Source: Camelus dromedarius
Lineage: Eukaryota
Reading direction: 5' to 3'
Assembly (NCBI RefSeq): GCF_036321535.1
Contig: NC_087437.1
Coordinates: 108,192,001-108,256,000, forward strand
DNA length: 64,000 bases
Made by a program: the position numbers and the translations under genes. This document shows, piece by piece, positions 25,788-39,420 of this stretch (positions are counted from its first letter, which is position 1; every line of letters begins with the position of its first letter). The notes under the pieces were generated by a model. The model saw nothing but the letters and a program-made list of their open reading frames with translations, had not been told where the DNA came from and did not search any database.

Positions 25788-26789
25788 CCACCAACTGACC
25801 TAAAACCATGTAGTTCACATTAAAATTAACAAGTATTTAAATACCAAGTTAGCACACTTATTGGATTCAATGGGAAGCAAAGTGTACTTATGTACTGATA
25901 ATTTTCATCACTTAACAGATGTAATCTGGGTAATTACTTACATCATGAACTTTCTGAATAGTGCCTCATAGTCAATTTTTCCTCAAATATAAGATATTGA
26001 TTTGCTGAAAGAATATATGCAAGTCATAAGATAAATGGGTCAAAAATCCAGCAGATGCATGGAAGAAAATGACGATTTTAATAACTCTGCCTAAATTCTT
26101 GATTCATTTTGTGGTTGATTGTTATTTCTATAGGGTGTTCCCATCTTCTTAGGAGGGAGCTGTCTTCCAACTCCAAATACAAACTAAGTCCAGTAACTTA
26201 ACACATGGGAAAAGTTGTTTGGAAGACAGTAGGTAAAATCAAATATTATATATTCTGATTCAAAAATATTCAAAAAGGAAGTATCAAAATTTAATAGTAT
26301 TCATTTCAAGAATGAGTGTGCTGAGATTAAGAAATCTATTAGTATATTTGATCAAGTTGTAAAATTTTTTAATTATACTGATAATATTAAAGCATGTAAC
26401 AAATTCTATTTTCTTCTGATTAAAATTCACTAATGTAGTCTTTTGTGTACATACACAGGCATATTTGAAAACATAAGTATGATCCCTTAGTTTGATAAAG
26501 AATGCACATTTCAAATCAGCTGCTAAATATTAGATGAATTTTCATTAGAATTGTAAGAACATAATGATTATTGTTTTTAGAATTGCCACTTTTGTGAAAG
26601 TTTAGACGTGAAACATATAAGCATTGAAGGGAAAAAAAAAGACCCAATCATCTACTTTTGGTAATAATATAATTATATGCAAAAATGTGTGTAATAAAAC
26701 TGTGACAATCCATTGAAAATTATTTGAAATAATAATGCAGAATAATACCTAGATACTTATAAATATGCAAATACAAAAGACAGTAGTCA

Positions 26790-26950
26790 TGTAGCAGAGA
26801 GAACTAGCTGTCTCAGACAGGCTCTTGCTACCCTTTCAAGGTGGAGAATTCCTAGGCAGGAGAGAAGCTGCCTAGTGGGAACTGCATTTTCCCAGACTCC
26901 CTTGCACTCGAGCAGGACCGAAGACATAGTTCTTGCTGGTGGAATGTGAC
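26790..26950 (+). mobile_element. LTR16/MLT1-like 5' fragment
   Basis: 'actgcattttcccagactcccttgca...agttcttgctggtggaatgtga'. Confidence 0.5.
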
Positions 26951-27039
26951 GGACTATTTTACTCCACTCCATTTCCCACAGCTACTTAAAAATACAATGC
27001 CAGAACAGATTCAGTCATTGTGATAAACAAAAATTGCAA

Positions 27040-28140
27040 AATCATATTTAGATGTGACCCATTTACAAAAAAGAAGGACATTTACTGGGATTAATAAAAG
27101 TCTACTTAAATAAATAAAAAGACCATTGTGGGGAGGGTATAGCTCAAGTGGCAGAGCTCATGGTTGGCACACACAAGGTCCTGGGTTCAATCCCCAGCAA
27201 TAAAATAAACAAGTAAACCTAATTACCTCCCCTGCAAAAAAAGGCAGACCATAAACGATATAAACATTATTGTAAAGATAACATTTTTTTCTAAAATTAA
27301 TTTATAATTTTAATATAATTCAAACCAAAATATGTTAACAAGCTCTTTCCAAATTCTCTGGAAGGAAAAACAAGCAAAAGAAGATAAGACAAAAAAAAAA
27401 AACGAATAAAGACTTATTCAAATAGTAAAATGGGTATAACTCAGTTAACCTAGACCAATGAAACCAAGTAGATACTTCAGAAACTAATTTTGTTACATAT
27501 GAGAGTTTTATTCAGAATAAGAGGAGTACTGGAAAATATATTGAAGGAGGATTTTTGAATTAACACCACTGGGGGAGCTGGTTGTCTTTTTAGAACAACA
27601 AAATAATAATAAAGATTTACATTATCCTTACAAAATACATGTAAATTCCAGATTGATTCAAAAATTAATTGTTAAAATTCGATAGCATTAATATGAAAAA
27701 TGATCAATTCTGTGAGTTAGGGTAGATGTCCTGAGTCAAAAGACAAAGCGAAAATACTTTGATTAAAAACAGTTTATTTAAAAAGAATGTTCAAAAAATT
27801 TTATAAATCAAATAAGAAACTAGGAGATATTATTATAACTTCACTTAACATGCAAAGTTTTCAGTGTCCTGCAATAAAATTACAGGGAAAAGAGCATGAT
27901 GAACCAATTCATATAGTAGATAATTATTAACATATATTTGAATAATATCTTACCAGTGATAAAGATGAAAATTTTTTAAATGATATACTCTTTTCATGTA
28001 AAACTAGAAAAAAATTAATTTGCAATATTTCTATAAGGATGTATTGAAACAGCGCTCTCATATACAACCCCGGTGGAAGGGAAATCTTATGCAATACTTA
28101 GGAAAGCGATTTGGAAATTCATCTCAGGAGCTTTAAAAGG
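27040..28140 (+). mobile_element. Highly diverged L1 (L1ME-like) ORF2 fragment
   Basis: 'attgtaaagat...aaattaatttataattttaat', 'taaattccagattgattcaaaa', 'gaaacagcgctctcatatac...ggaagggaaa' colinear with old L1 ORF2. Confidence 0.6.
27130..27242 (+). mobile_element. Vic-1-type SINE (long-tail form)
   Basis: 'ggggagggtatagctcaagtggcagagc...gtcctgggttcaatccccagca' (A and B boxes) plus 'gtaaacctaattacctcccc'; flanking agaccat repeat. Confidence 0.9.
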
Positions 28141-28177
28141 AGATGACAAGGAGTTTCATGTTTGTTTTTCAACTGGA

Positions 28178-28290
28178 TTCTACGATCCGTGAGTCCAGAT
28201 ATTGTATCTTTCTTGTCCATTTAGCCCTAAACTCCAAACCCAATGCCTGCAAGATAATAATCAATGAGCGTTTGCTGAATTGAATTCAAT
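28178..28290 (+). mobile_element. L2 3' end
   Basis: 'tattgtatctttcttgtc...caatgcctg...tcaatgagcgtttgctgaattgaat'. Confidence 0.5.
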
Positions 28291-28789
28291 TGATCCTAAT
28301 TGTGCTCTCTAGGGACAAACAGGAAAAAATAACAAAAGGTATTTGGTAATCCCTCTTTCACAAAATGAGCCTTCAAGTACATAAAAACAACTTTCAAGAG
28401 TCTCTAAGAATCTTCTTTTCCTGGCAGGTCATTGGCCCCATGTTTCCAGAATCCATGCCATTGGGACCTCATCTCTAAATGTGTTGCTGTCTGCCAGAGC
28501 CACGCATGGAACAAGACTCTGCTAAGATTTTACAGTTAATAAAGCTTAAGATCACATTAGCTTTATGATATGATATTAAATAGAAAAAGTAACATTTAAA
28601 TAATGATGTGTATATTATGATTAAGCTATATGAATTATGCATGTATGTGCTCAACGCCTGGAAGAGAATACAAAACAATTACAATTGTGTAATGCTGATG
28701 ACATTCTGATAATTTTGATACTTACTTTTGTCGTTGCTGAAACATAGTTAAAGTAAAAACAATTTCTTCACTTTTGGCAATGACTTCAC

Positions 28790-29040
28790 ATTATTGATTC
28801 ATATGCAGTTTGCAATCAACTAAAAGACATCTGACTTTTGCAAATAAACTGTCCTTGGTCCAGTACTTTCAACACCCTGGACTTATGTAATAATGGACGG
28901 TTCCAACTCAGTATAAGATTTTACGTTTGAACTTTAATTGTGATATATTCAATCAAATTTCAGCCTGTGGATATCCCTTTGAATCTTGATTCTTGAATAT
29001 TAGCTCTCCTTCCCAGTTTGGGTCACATGAAAATATTGTG
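28790..29040 (-). mobile_element. L3/CR1 fragment
   Basis: 'ttgaatcttgattct...attagctctccttcccagtttgggtcac' matches the antisense CR1 RT region. Confidence 0.55.
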
Positions 29041-29196
29041 TCTTTTTTTTTTTTTTTTCAATAGCACGAAAAAGAAAAAAAAATTAAGTTAGAATCAAGC
29101 ACATACCATTTGAGCATCCATTTCAGGGTGATAATGTTTAAATTTTCATCTCTCTGTTCTTACAGAAATTACCTAATCATTGTATTTATTACCAGT

Positions 29197-29525
29197 TGTC
29201 TTTGTTTGGTGTAATGAATGATCATAGACTGGGTAACTTATAAGCAATAGAAATTTAGGACTCACAGTTCTGGAAGCTGGAAGTCTGAGATCAGGATGCC
29301 CAAATGCGGAGGATGAGGAGCAACCTTGTAGGTCACATCACAGACTTCTCACTGTATCCTTACTTAAGGAAGAAACAAGGCTGTTCTCTGGAGCCTCTTT
29401 TGTGCATGAATCCCATTGCTGAGGGCCCTGCCCTCATGAACTACTCACCTCCCAAAGGCCCCACATTGGACAATAGAATTTCAGCAAATGAATTTAAGGG
29501 GAACACAAACACACAGACCATTGCA
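29197..29525 (-). mobile_element. MLT1A MaLR solo LTR
   Basis: 'catagactgggtaacttataagcaatagaaattt...ctcacagttctggaagctggaagtctgagatcagg...cagaccattgca'; TSD ccagt/ccagc. Confidence 0.9.
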
Positions 29526-29698
29526 CCAGCTTATCCATCAATGCTTTATGAGATTGTTTTTCAGATTAATTTAGCAGAATTCAAAATACTCTCATCATGG
29601 ATACTGTTTTACCAGTCAAGTAATACTTAGAGGAATGGCAAAACTGAGATGGTACAGTTCTACTTATTTTAACAGAAGAGAATTGCACACACATTCTG

Positions 29699-29916
29699 AA
29701 GTGGTTTTCTAACTTGAATTCACATACAAATCCCCTAACATTGTTTTTTCATTTGTTTATCTGTTTTAATGCAGATTCCAGGAATCCATACCAAGAACAT
29801 TTTGATTTAGTAAATCAAGGGTAAAGCTCAGGAATCTTCATTTGTAGTAAAGACCCCTCTGTCCCCAGGTTTTTCCTATGAAATTGTTCTCTGACCACAC
29901 TTTTGAGAAATACTGG
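29699..29916. mobile_element. MER5 (hAT-Charlie)
   Basis: 'gtggttttctaacttg...aatgcagattccagg...caggaatct...accacacttttgagaaatactg'. Confidence 0.75.
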
Positions 29917-30619
29917 CAGTTATTTGTTGTAGAAGGGGGTGAAATATGTACTCATTTTCAGCCTATAGAAATATGATGTTGGCATATAAAAAATTCAATG
30001 TCAGTGATATTTATTGGGTGCTTATTCTACACAATAAAATTTAAAAAAATCCAGCCGAGAACATACAATTTTATATTATATAATAATATAACACATGCTT
30101 AGAATCAATAAGGTGTGACGGTAAGTACAAAAATAAAATGATTTCCACATAAACATTGGTTCAACGAAACATTTATTGAACACAATCACAGAACATAATA
30201 AGTAACAGGCAAGAACAATCAAAACACATAAAAATCACAAATAATACTGAATTTAAGTATAATCAAAATTTCTGACCATCTCCTAGGCATGTGATTTTAA
30301 TTTTTCTGCATTTGTGGATATGTCAACAACTGGAATGTCCATATGTTTTTCTGAGAATTATGAACAAGTTATGTAATGGTTTGGTGGTCCAGAGATATCC
30401 TCTGTATTTAGGTGGGTCTCTAAAGAGCCTATTTGGTTTCCAGGACTTTTCTATGTTTAGGGAAAAATAAATAAGGTGCATGTTTCTAAAGAATATTGGT
30501 TTTTGTTGCCACCATTGCCCACATATTTGTTTTTATTCAGTACAATCTTCAAAATACCTTTCAAAATAAAATATTTTTCATTTTTATAGTACTACATGAC
30601 TGCATCCCAATATTAAAAA

Positions 30620-30900
30620 TTTCCCAAAATGCAAATCTGACAGTTTAACTTCTTGTATTAAAACCCTTTAGATTCTCCCCAATACTCTTAAGACAAAGTC
30701 TGAATTCTGGGCTACAAAGCCATCATGGCCTGAATCCTCCCACCACCTTGTCTCAAGGAACTTCCCATCAACTATCTACAGCCTAGCCACAGTGAATTCT
30801 AGAGCACATAACTCCTTGTTACGTCCCAGGGACTGTCCTTGATGCTTTATACAACAAATCACATTTAATCCTCCCTAAGATTTTCCAGATAACTCTAATG
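30620..30900 (+). mobile_element. L2 fragment
   Basis: 'aaaatgcaaatctgac...taaaaccctt...taagacaaagtc...catggcctg'. Confidence 0.55.
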
Positions 30901-31854
30901 TCTTTTTCTCTTCAAAAGTTGGGCATCAGGAAAGTGAAGTAATCTTTCCCATGTCACATACTGTCATATCAGTTAGAAAATGATGTTTTTATTTGTTCTC
31001 GAAAAAGTCTAAAGCCAAAGCCGTCTTTGGTTTACAATTTCTTCAGATTTTTAAATATGGATTGGTGTTCTATTCTTCAGGGCTTTACCAATTCTGCTCA
31101 GAAGAATACCTCTGTTTCCGAGTCCTCTTTGCAGGCTAGTTCTACCCACCATTCCTCTAAGCCAGCCTAGGCTCCACATATATGTTACCGTCTTACCCAG
31201 CACAGTAAATCCTGATGTAATTACACAGTTAGTTGTTTGCATACCTCAAAAGAATATAGGTATTATGAGGGAATCTTGGGAATCTTACTCGCTAGCAATG
31301 ACTTATTCTTCTCTTAAAACCAAACTTCACATCAAGTTTTGGTTGACAACTGGAGTGGAATTTGAAAGGATGAACATTAGTAGACAAAGAAATTCTCAAC
31401 ACCCAAGGCTATGTTTGAATAACTTTTAAAGTTAAAAATAAATGTATTCAACTAACTAGTCTGGTACGTAATTAGAAATTAGGTTATTTCAGTCATTAAA
31501 TAACAAATAGATGAAAAATACATCATTTACTTCTATCTTTTATAACATTATCAACCAGCTTTTTGAAATATCAAGTGCTTAATACTTCAAAGTGTGTTTT
31601 GCTTTCTAAATTTATTTCCCTATAAATGTAGTGAAACTTGGCTAATGTTGCCTGAATATTTAAGGTGTCACAACAGATCTTGGATTGAATACTTTTATTT
31701 TTAAGCACAGCTGTTAAATTATTCCAAGGTCAAACTTGGACAAAACCAATATTAGTGTGCTCCTTGTGTTTTGTTTTATCAAGTACTTGCACCAAATTTT
31801 CTGTTTTATGTCAACCATCACTCTGTAGTGAAACATTGTAGGCGTCATTAAAAA

Positions 31855-32100
31855 CATAAATACTAGTACGAGACCACCTGGTTTGAAACCAGTTCTGCAG
31901 TTCTCTCTCATTAGTTGTGTAACTTGGGAAATTGACATAATACTTCTATTCCTAAACTACTGATTGATAGACTATAGATAACGGTCATGCTTACCTCATA
32001 TCACTGTTATGAGAACTGAATAAATTAGTATATATGTTAAATCACCTCAACAAAAAAAACTGATACATAGTAAATTCTATATATTGCTATTTCTTGCAAT
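31855..32100 (+). mobile_element. MIR
   Basis: 'cctggtttgaaaccagttctg...ttagttgtgtaacttgggaaattgac...ttacctcata...gttatgagaactgaat'. Confidence 0.7.
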
Positions 32101-35039
32101 TCTTATTATTTGGACATTTATTAAAGTCATATTTATGCATATAAAATGTTAAAATTATTTCATTATCAAAAATTTTTAGATATAAAAATATATTTGCATA
32201 GATTTTAACTAAAGATAATTATGATGGTTTCATGCAAAGAATATTATTCTTCTAAACTTAGATTGATTGCTCCAGAAATTGTAAAAGATAATAGCTTTGA
32301 CTAGTCTCTGAATTAAATTACATTATGGGAAAGATGTAAAATGTATGAAAACTGTATCCATGATCAGCAAACTACACTTTGGTGGTAATAATGACTTTCC
32401 AAAGAGCATAAACTCCACTTCCATTTAATCTCTGTAGTTGCTTTAAAAGTTAGCCCTTTAAAATAAATGCTCCAGTGATCTCTGAGGGAGCATATCAAAA
32501 TAAGCAAAGGTTTATGGGTTTATCCAGGTGTTGTGGTGGGAGTACACTTACTCCTCTGGCCAACCTGAGCAACAAAATTTCTGATCTGGAGACAGAATGT
32601 GAATGAACATCAAGCACCCAATGCACACGGCATGGTCTCATACAATCTGAAGGGCCAAATTAGCAGCCAAAGTTGTGTGACTGCTGAAGTTGGCACAAAC
32701 AATAAACAATTGACACAACCCCAATTTAAAAATGTTTGTTGGAAAGAGAAAAGCAAATATTTTATTACATACGTTTTTCAAAGAACTGCCAGCTGCCACT
32801 CAAAGTCCTTGCTTCACTCTTGGAAGCTGAGAACACTGACGTTGAAGTTTCCAGAAGTCGCTGGAGCACATCCAGATCTCACGGCTGCCTCATTACTATT
32901 TCAGAAGGCAGCAAAGTAGGCATGACATAGATTAGTTCTCCTTGCACTGTGTTCTCTTTCTATAAAGTGGACCATATGCAGAGGTGGTATGACACCCAAA
33001 CGTGCACACATACTCATGCACCCCCGAGTCTAGTCTCTCGGTTCCAGATGTCTATGAAACTGAGCTTGAATTCACAAATTCCACACTAGCAGCAAATTTA
33101 CAGACCTGGGAATCATAACACATTGAAAGAGTCCTAGCAGGAATATTGGAAGGTCATTTCTGAGGTCTCTTTTCTTCCCCAATCACTGCTGTTATTACAT
33201 TAAGTTACTATTAATGATATTGAAACTAGATATACTCTATTATGACATTACAGTACTAGTAAAAATATTGAAATATATTCAAGTTTTAACTTGACATTGT
33301 TGTAGTATTCAGAACATCAAAAGAATTGTAAATAGAAATGTCTTAATTTGATTTTAGCTGTAGCTCTCTCAAATATATTTCTGAAAATTTCTCAGCTAAT
33401 GCGTTTGGTTGTTTAATTAACTGATTATTTATAGTTTTGTTAAATTGACATATTTCATAATAATATCTAACTAAAAAAGAGGTAAATCAAGGACTTGAAA
33501 TTTTAACCAGAAAGAGAAAATAATCCATGAATTTCATTTAATATTACATAAGATAAATTCCAGAGGTGAATAATTTGCATATTAACAGAGTATACAAGTA
33601 TTCATAGATGAAACCTACCAGTAGAGAATTAATATTCATGAGAACATTATGTTGCTATACATTAGATTAGGATATTTTAAATATTTATATAATACTTTTT
33701 CCCAAGGTAAAAATTATAATTAAATGTCTTCTGGAGAAATTTTCTTTCTACTTTTTTTTCTTTTTAAACTAAATATTTCAACTGATTCTAGAAAGATTTC
33801 AGACTGAGTGATATGCATGGTACAGAATGAAAAAGAGTTAAAGAGAAGAAAGTTTCATTATAATGAGCTAATGCTACATTGGCTTCCTTGTTAAATTTCA
33901 CTAAAGCAAACACCCAACAGGGGAAAGAGAGAACAGAAATTGTTTATGTGAATTATCTATCCAAATTGTGAATGTGCTAAATAGACAACTGGTTAGAAAA
34001 TTATCATTCTGTTCTTGAGAATTATTCCTGATGCTTGTAATTTCTTAGTTAAACTGTTTTCTCTTTCTTTGTTTTTGCTCAGCCATTGAAAATGAAGCTA
34101 TATAATTGTATGCAAATCTGGGAAGACTGAGTGTGTGTGTAGATATGCACACAAGTGCTGGCTATTAAAATGTTGCTGAATTCTGTTTATTGAGGCACTA
34201 GTGTGACAGGCAGATAGAAGAAAACTTAATCCACAGCTCTCAGACAAGGGTCATGTTTCTTTCTTTCTTTGATAGATTAAAGCCTATTCTATCTGTACAA
34301 AATATACTATCACACCTAAGAAATTGAAACGGGGGGAAAAAAAGCAAGTTATATAGGCATATTTTGCCACCAGTGGTGCTAGGGAAAAATAAAAATGAAA
34401 CAATATTCCAGTGGCTAAAAATATTTCTGCATCCTTACCAAGAAAAGTTTAGGAGTATGTCATGCATGTACTTGAACTGTTTGTTCTTGAGCTTGCTTTA
34501 AGAATGTAAGCACAGCTACATGTCCCAGCGTCAGGCCCCAGAGACCTTGCTCACTGTCTTTTGTAATGAAAACATGAAGAACTAAGGATAATCTTCACAT
34601 GTCCCGCCAAAAATCACACATTCTATTTTTGTCTTCAGTGACCGTGTTTGAGATAAAAGATTGCTGATAGTGGGTGGAAGTTTTGAAATAATCTGGTGGA
34701 ATTCTTTAGAACTTAATAAATCAAAGTGTTTCGTGTAAATGGTCAAGAGTTCATCTCTGCCATACAACATGATGTTATACACAGAAGCCAGAAAGTATCA
34801 CTAAATTTAATGATGCATTAATGAAAACTAAAATTGATAATAGGCAGGTTATAAGATGAATACAATGGATTTCTGATTATAAACATAGCAACTATTGCAA
34901 GATTCAAAATATACTGCTTTTTAGAATAGGTAATGAGAGAGAAAATCTACTTGGGGCTTATTCTCATGAATATAACATCTGAGAAAATTCAGATACTAGT
35001 CATTTGTACATAATAATGAAAGCAGAAACACACGTAATT

Positions 35040-35485
35040 TACATCAGCATCCTCCCCAGCCTTGTTTCCAGCTTCTTTCCTTCTCGCATAATCCATGAGG
35101 ACCATACTGAACCACTGCCTTAAATATTTCATACTTTCCTATAACTGCCTTACTTTCATCTCTGCTTGTAATCTCTCTTACCCTTGACTGTTTATTAGGA
35201 TAATACCTTCTCCTGACATACAAGAGTCAAATATTTTGTGAAATTGTCTCTGAGCTCACCCCAGCACTTTTCCCTTCTCATCTGAGCACTTTGCACTACT
35301 TTTTTTGTCCTTTGGTCACATCACAAGTTGTACATAGTAATTATCACTTGGTATGATCTATGTTGATTTGCATGTCTGTTTACCTACTAAAATGTTGGCT
35401 TCTTGAGGGCAAGGACTTTTCATCTCTGTATGACTGGTGCTTTGAGTATATGGCAAGCAGTAGGTACTCAGTTGACTGAATGACA
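35040..35485 (+). mobile_element. L2 3' region
   Basis: 'catgtctgtttacctactaaaatgttggcttcttgagggcaaggact...tggcaagcagtaggtactca'. Confidence 0.7.
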
Positions 35486-35925
35486 GATTCTTCCACTAAA
35501 TGAAGAAAACTTGGGTGTCTTTCTTTGATCACAACAATCTAACAGAACTACTTTGACGGCAAAGACCATTTTTCTCTTGTGTTAAATATGAACTACCATG
35601 ATGAAGCTCTAGAAGTTCAGAAGAGTTCATCCTTTATTATTTTTCTCCATTAAGATTTACTTGCTAACTGTGGACTTGCAAAAAAAAAAAATTACTTGCT
35701 CACTGGAATCCACATTGTACTTTTTTCTGATAATTTTAAGAGAAAAAAACGCCAAGAGAAATAATTTGTCTTACTGATAACCTATCTACATTTCCTCTCT
35801 AGTAAACTATATTTTTGAAACATTCTTTAATCCAGTATCCTTTCTAGTATCCTTTCTCCTACCACTATTCCTCCCCTACCTCCTTCTCCTTCTTCATTTT
35901 CATTCCAACCAGTACAGTTTCCTTG

Positions 35926-35992
35926 TGTGCTGGAGTATTTATCATTTATCTCTACAGATTCACTCTCCATCTTTCTCTACTTTCTCTGTCTC
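35926..35992 (+). mobile_element. LTR33-like 5' LTR stub
   Basis: 'tgtgctggagtatttatcatttatctctacagattcactctcc' parallels the LTR start at 37100. Confidence 0.5.
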
Positions 35993-36009
35993 TGTAAGTA
36001 TCTCCAACA

Positions 36010-36920
36010 TTAAATTCATCCATCACCATGGAATCCCAAACAATATCTCTAAAAAGGAGACTCATTTTAAAGTGCAGGAAATAGGACAAAGGACTCATAG
36101 TCACAAAATTTACTGGTCTTATCATGTGCCCTTAATACAAGAGCTGTTGGCTTGATGAAGCAATATCATGGCCAACCAAAGACACAATTAACTCACCAAA
36201 TGGAAAATAACAATCTGCAAGTCTGGAGTTCTGTCCTCCAGAACACTTTATATGACTTAAGCCAGTGCTTAATATACAGAGTCATCACTTCCACAACCAG
36301 AATATATGGTGAAAAAAACCTAAAATATGGAGGTAAGAATAAACTATTACCAAAATAATGCACTGGAAAATTTCTTACTTCCTGCCCTACAACCCCACAA
36401 CCTTAGGTCAAGCGGGTTTGAAGTTGTATTATTTAAGGAAGAAATGCTTCCATCATGAAACAGTCATGGTCCATTTCATTGGAAACTGAGACTTCCATTC
36501 ACGGCTCCTTATAAAACTGAGACTCCCAAAAAGAGAAGGAGGTCTCATATCAACTGAAGTGATTGATCTTAATCACCAAGGAGAAATTGAATTCCTGTCA
36601 CACAATTGAAACAGGAGGACTATGTGGGAAACCCAAGGGATTGACTGAGATGCTTTTTGTTATGTTCTTTCCTAAGCTCCCTGGTCAATGAAAATTTCAG
36701 CAACACAATAAAGATAGGACCACTATGGACCCAGATCACAAAGGATCATCTCACCAGATAAAGAATTCCATACAGTGAGGTTACAGTGAGGTGCTAGTAG
36801 ATGTATTAAACAAACAAACAAACAAACAGACAAACAAAAACATGGACTGAGTAGTAAGAAAGGAAACTAGAATTACCTAGAATCAGGCCTCATGACTAGC
36901 ACCAGCAGTGGGGACTGCAA
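36010..36920 (+). pseudogene. ERVL internal region: decayed integrase plus probable dUTPase-like segment
   Basis: ORFs 'HHGIPNNI...THF...IYWSYHVP' and 'KTQL..QMENNNLQVWSSVLQ...L.Q..IY' match ERVL integrase; frameshifted. Confidence 0.8.
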
Positions 36921-37097
36921 CAATAAAATGTTGTGTGTGTTTATTTTTTACCTTCCCTTTTCCCTCACTTTCCTCCCTTATATGAACACCTCAGTGATAT
37001 CTTTTAAGCTGCAGGTGGGCTGGTCTCTGAGTTGCTACTGGAAACTTGGGTGATCCTTGTACTGGGCACATAACATTTCATCTGGACAAATGTAAGA

Positions 37098-37589
37098 GTG
37101 GATGCAAAACGGTGACCCCTGCTAAATATTTCCCATTTGCTTGCCCAGATCCACTCTTCATCTTTTTCTACCCTCAGTGCCCTTGGAGGCTGCCCTATAC
37201 AAAAGACACCAATGAGCTCCTTCACTCTCTGGCTACTAGTTGGGTCTAGTTCATGGGAGTCACAAGTAGATCAGAGGAAACGGGAAAAGGAGTGAGGTAA
37301 TTAATTTATCTCCCCATTTCCTCCCTGTGGGTTGACTCTATCTCTCTATCAAAGGCCACAGGTCCTATAAGACAGAATTTTCATTGTTTTTTTCCCCCTC
37401 AATTCTAATAACTACTCTTTCTTCTTGCCACTTTAGTGTCCCTTAAGGCTTGAGATGTACACCTACATCCCCCCTTTTTACTAGTTGCAGGGAATTATTC
37501 CACCTTAAATTGGTTTCCTTGAACTTTGTCCAGACTGTTGGAAGTAACCCTCCTCTATTAAACTTTCTTCAATTACCATCCCTTTCTGC

Positions 37590-37626
<37 letters not shown>

Positions 37627-37636
37627 ACTGATATAT
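37098..37636 (+). mobile_element. LTR33-type 3' LTR (ERVL)
   Basis: 'atttgcttgcccagatccactc...ccttggaggctg...ctctctggct...agttgggt...ctctattaaact...gactgatata'; A34 tract at 37591-37624. Confidence 0.75.
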
Positions 37637-38479
37637 AGTTGTCAACATTCAGAAATTGTATCTATAGCTAAATCACATTTATAAAATAATCCGTCTTATT
37701 TTATAACACAGTATACTGAGTAATCTTTTCCCAGTGTACTATTGAAATGAGAGTAAATGTATATTACAAAAAAATAATAAGTAAATAAACTCGTAAGAGT
37801 GCTAAAAGTAGAAAAGGCATCTGCCATGAACAGACAAGAAATGTTAACAAAATTTTAGAAGACAGTAAGGAGATAGAGTTGTCTAGAAGTATAATCTAGA
37901 TCAAAGAAGCCACACCTTAATATATGCATGGGTGAAGTTTACAAGCGATTGGAGCTGTTATCAGGGGTGAAAAAAGAAAATTAAATGACACTAACTATGG
38001 AGTTATGAATTACAGAAAGCAGGAGAGAACTCTAGGTGGCCTTGAGGGAATTTAAGCACAGACCCATTACGTGGAGAGCAGCTGACTATAGCCTTTGTTC
38101 TTGGCTGAAGACCTCACCGTCAATCTGAGCAGAAGATTCTCTTGGATGTCCCCAGAAAAGCAGTTGCAGTGGTTGGCAGAGACCATCAGAGGATGGCTCT
38201 TGATCTATTCAATGAAGCTGAGTGCTAGGAAGAAGTAAGGAGAAGTAGCTCTAACCAGAGCAAAATGAATCAATGTACTCCACCCCAAAGTAAAGTCCTT
38301 CACCCCATGGTCATTACCAACAAGCCTGCTCTAAGAAGCAATTTTCCTTGCAACTGGACTGGCTCATAGTCAGCCTTCTGTCCACACAAGAGGGGGCCTT
38401 TAGGGCAACAGATCTACAAATCTGCAAAGCAAACTCCTCTGACAAAGAGATTCATCAGCTTAGCAGCTAACTCATATGT

Positions 38480-39420
38480 ATTAGTAATACACGGAGATTC
38501 ACCAGTTATAAAATCTCAACAGAGAAACCAAGGGGTCACAGAAGAAACGGAAAAATCTGAGAAATTAAAATTTTTTCTTTTAAATCCATGTTAGTAATCT
38601 CAGTGAAATTTGGGGGATTTTGCACACTTGAAATAAGAACACACTGCCATAAAAAAGGAACAATAAATGAGAAAGAATTTTTGGAAATTGAAAGTATAAT
38701 TGCCAAAATTAATTGAAAAGAATCAATAAGAATATTTAATAAAATGGTTAATCCTGGATTAGTAATATGGAAGATAAAGACAAAGATATCTTTCAGAATA
38801 CAAAATTGAACACATTAAGAAATGGAAATATTTAAAAATTTAAATGTCAATCTGTTATATAGAGAATGTCAAAGACCATTGTAGGACCAGAAAGAAAGAG
38901 GAGAGATAATTGATAAGTATAAACAGAGACAATATAAAACAAATCCAAGAAAAAGGCTCAAATTGAAGGACTCCACAATTACAGGAAAAATTAAAAGAGG
39001 TTCAAGCCCAAGGAGAGAATTGTGAAATTTCAGAATTCCAAGTACAAAAAGAAAATCATAAAATTTCTTCCAATGGAAAAAAAAAAATCTACAGAGGAAA
39101 GAGGATTAGATTGACATCAGACTTCCCATTACACCAATCTATGCCAGATAAAAAGCATTAAATCTCTCATAAAGTATATTTAATTAGAATTCTATGTGTA
39201 GAAAAATTTTAATTAAATACAAAAAGATTTTTTTTTTTAAATTTAGGCTACAAGGTCCTAGCATCCATGAATTTCTTTCAAAAACAAAACAAAATTTTAA
39301 TTTTAATTTAAATTTATAATCCAGAAAACCAAAGTAGGAAGCAAGAAAGAAGTCATGGATCTAAGAGAATGATCCAAACTGAAGAGTGATGTGAAAGAAA
39401 ATCACAGAGTGATTTGAGCA
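38480..39420 (+). mobile_element. HAL1 / L1 ORF1-like ancient element
   Basis: 'aagaac...gccataaaaaaggaacaa...aaagaatttttggaaattgaaagtataat', 'ttgtgaaatttcagaa', 'gattagattgacatcagacttc'. Confidence 0.65.

Noticed and set aside
27130..27200. tRNA-like sequence with A and B boxes
   Set aside because: Head of a SINE with A-rich tail and four diverged paralogues in the window; no convincing cloverleaf
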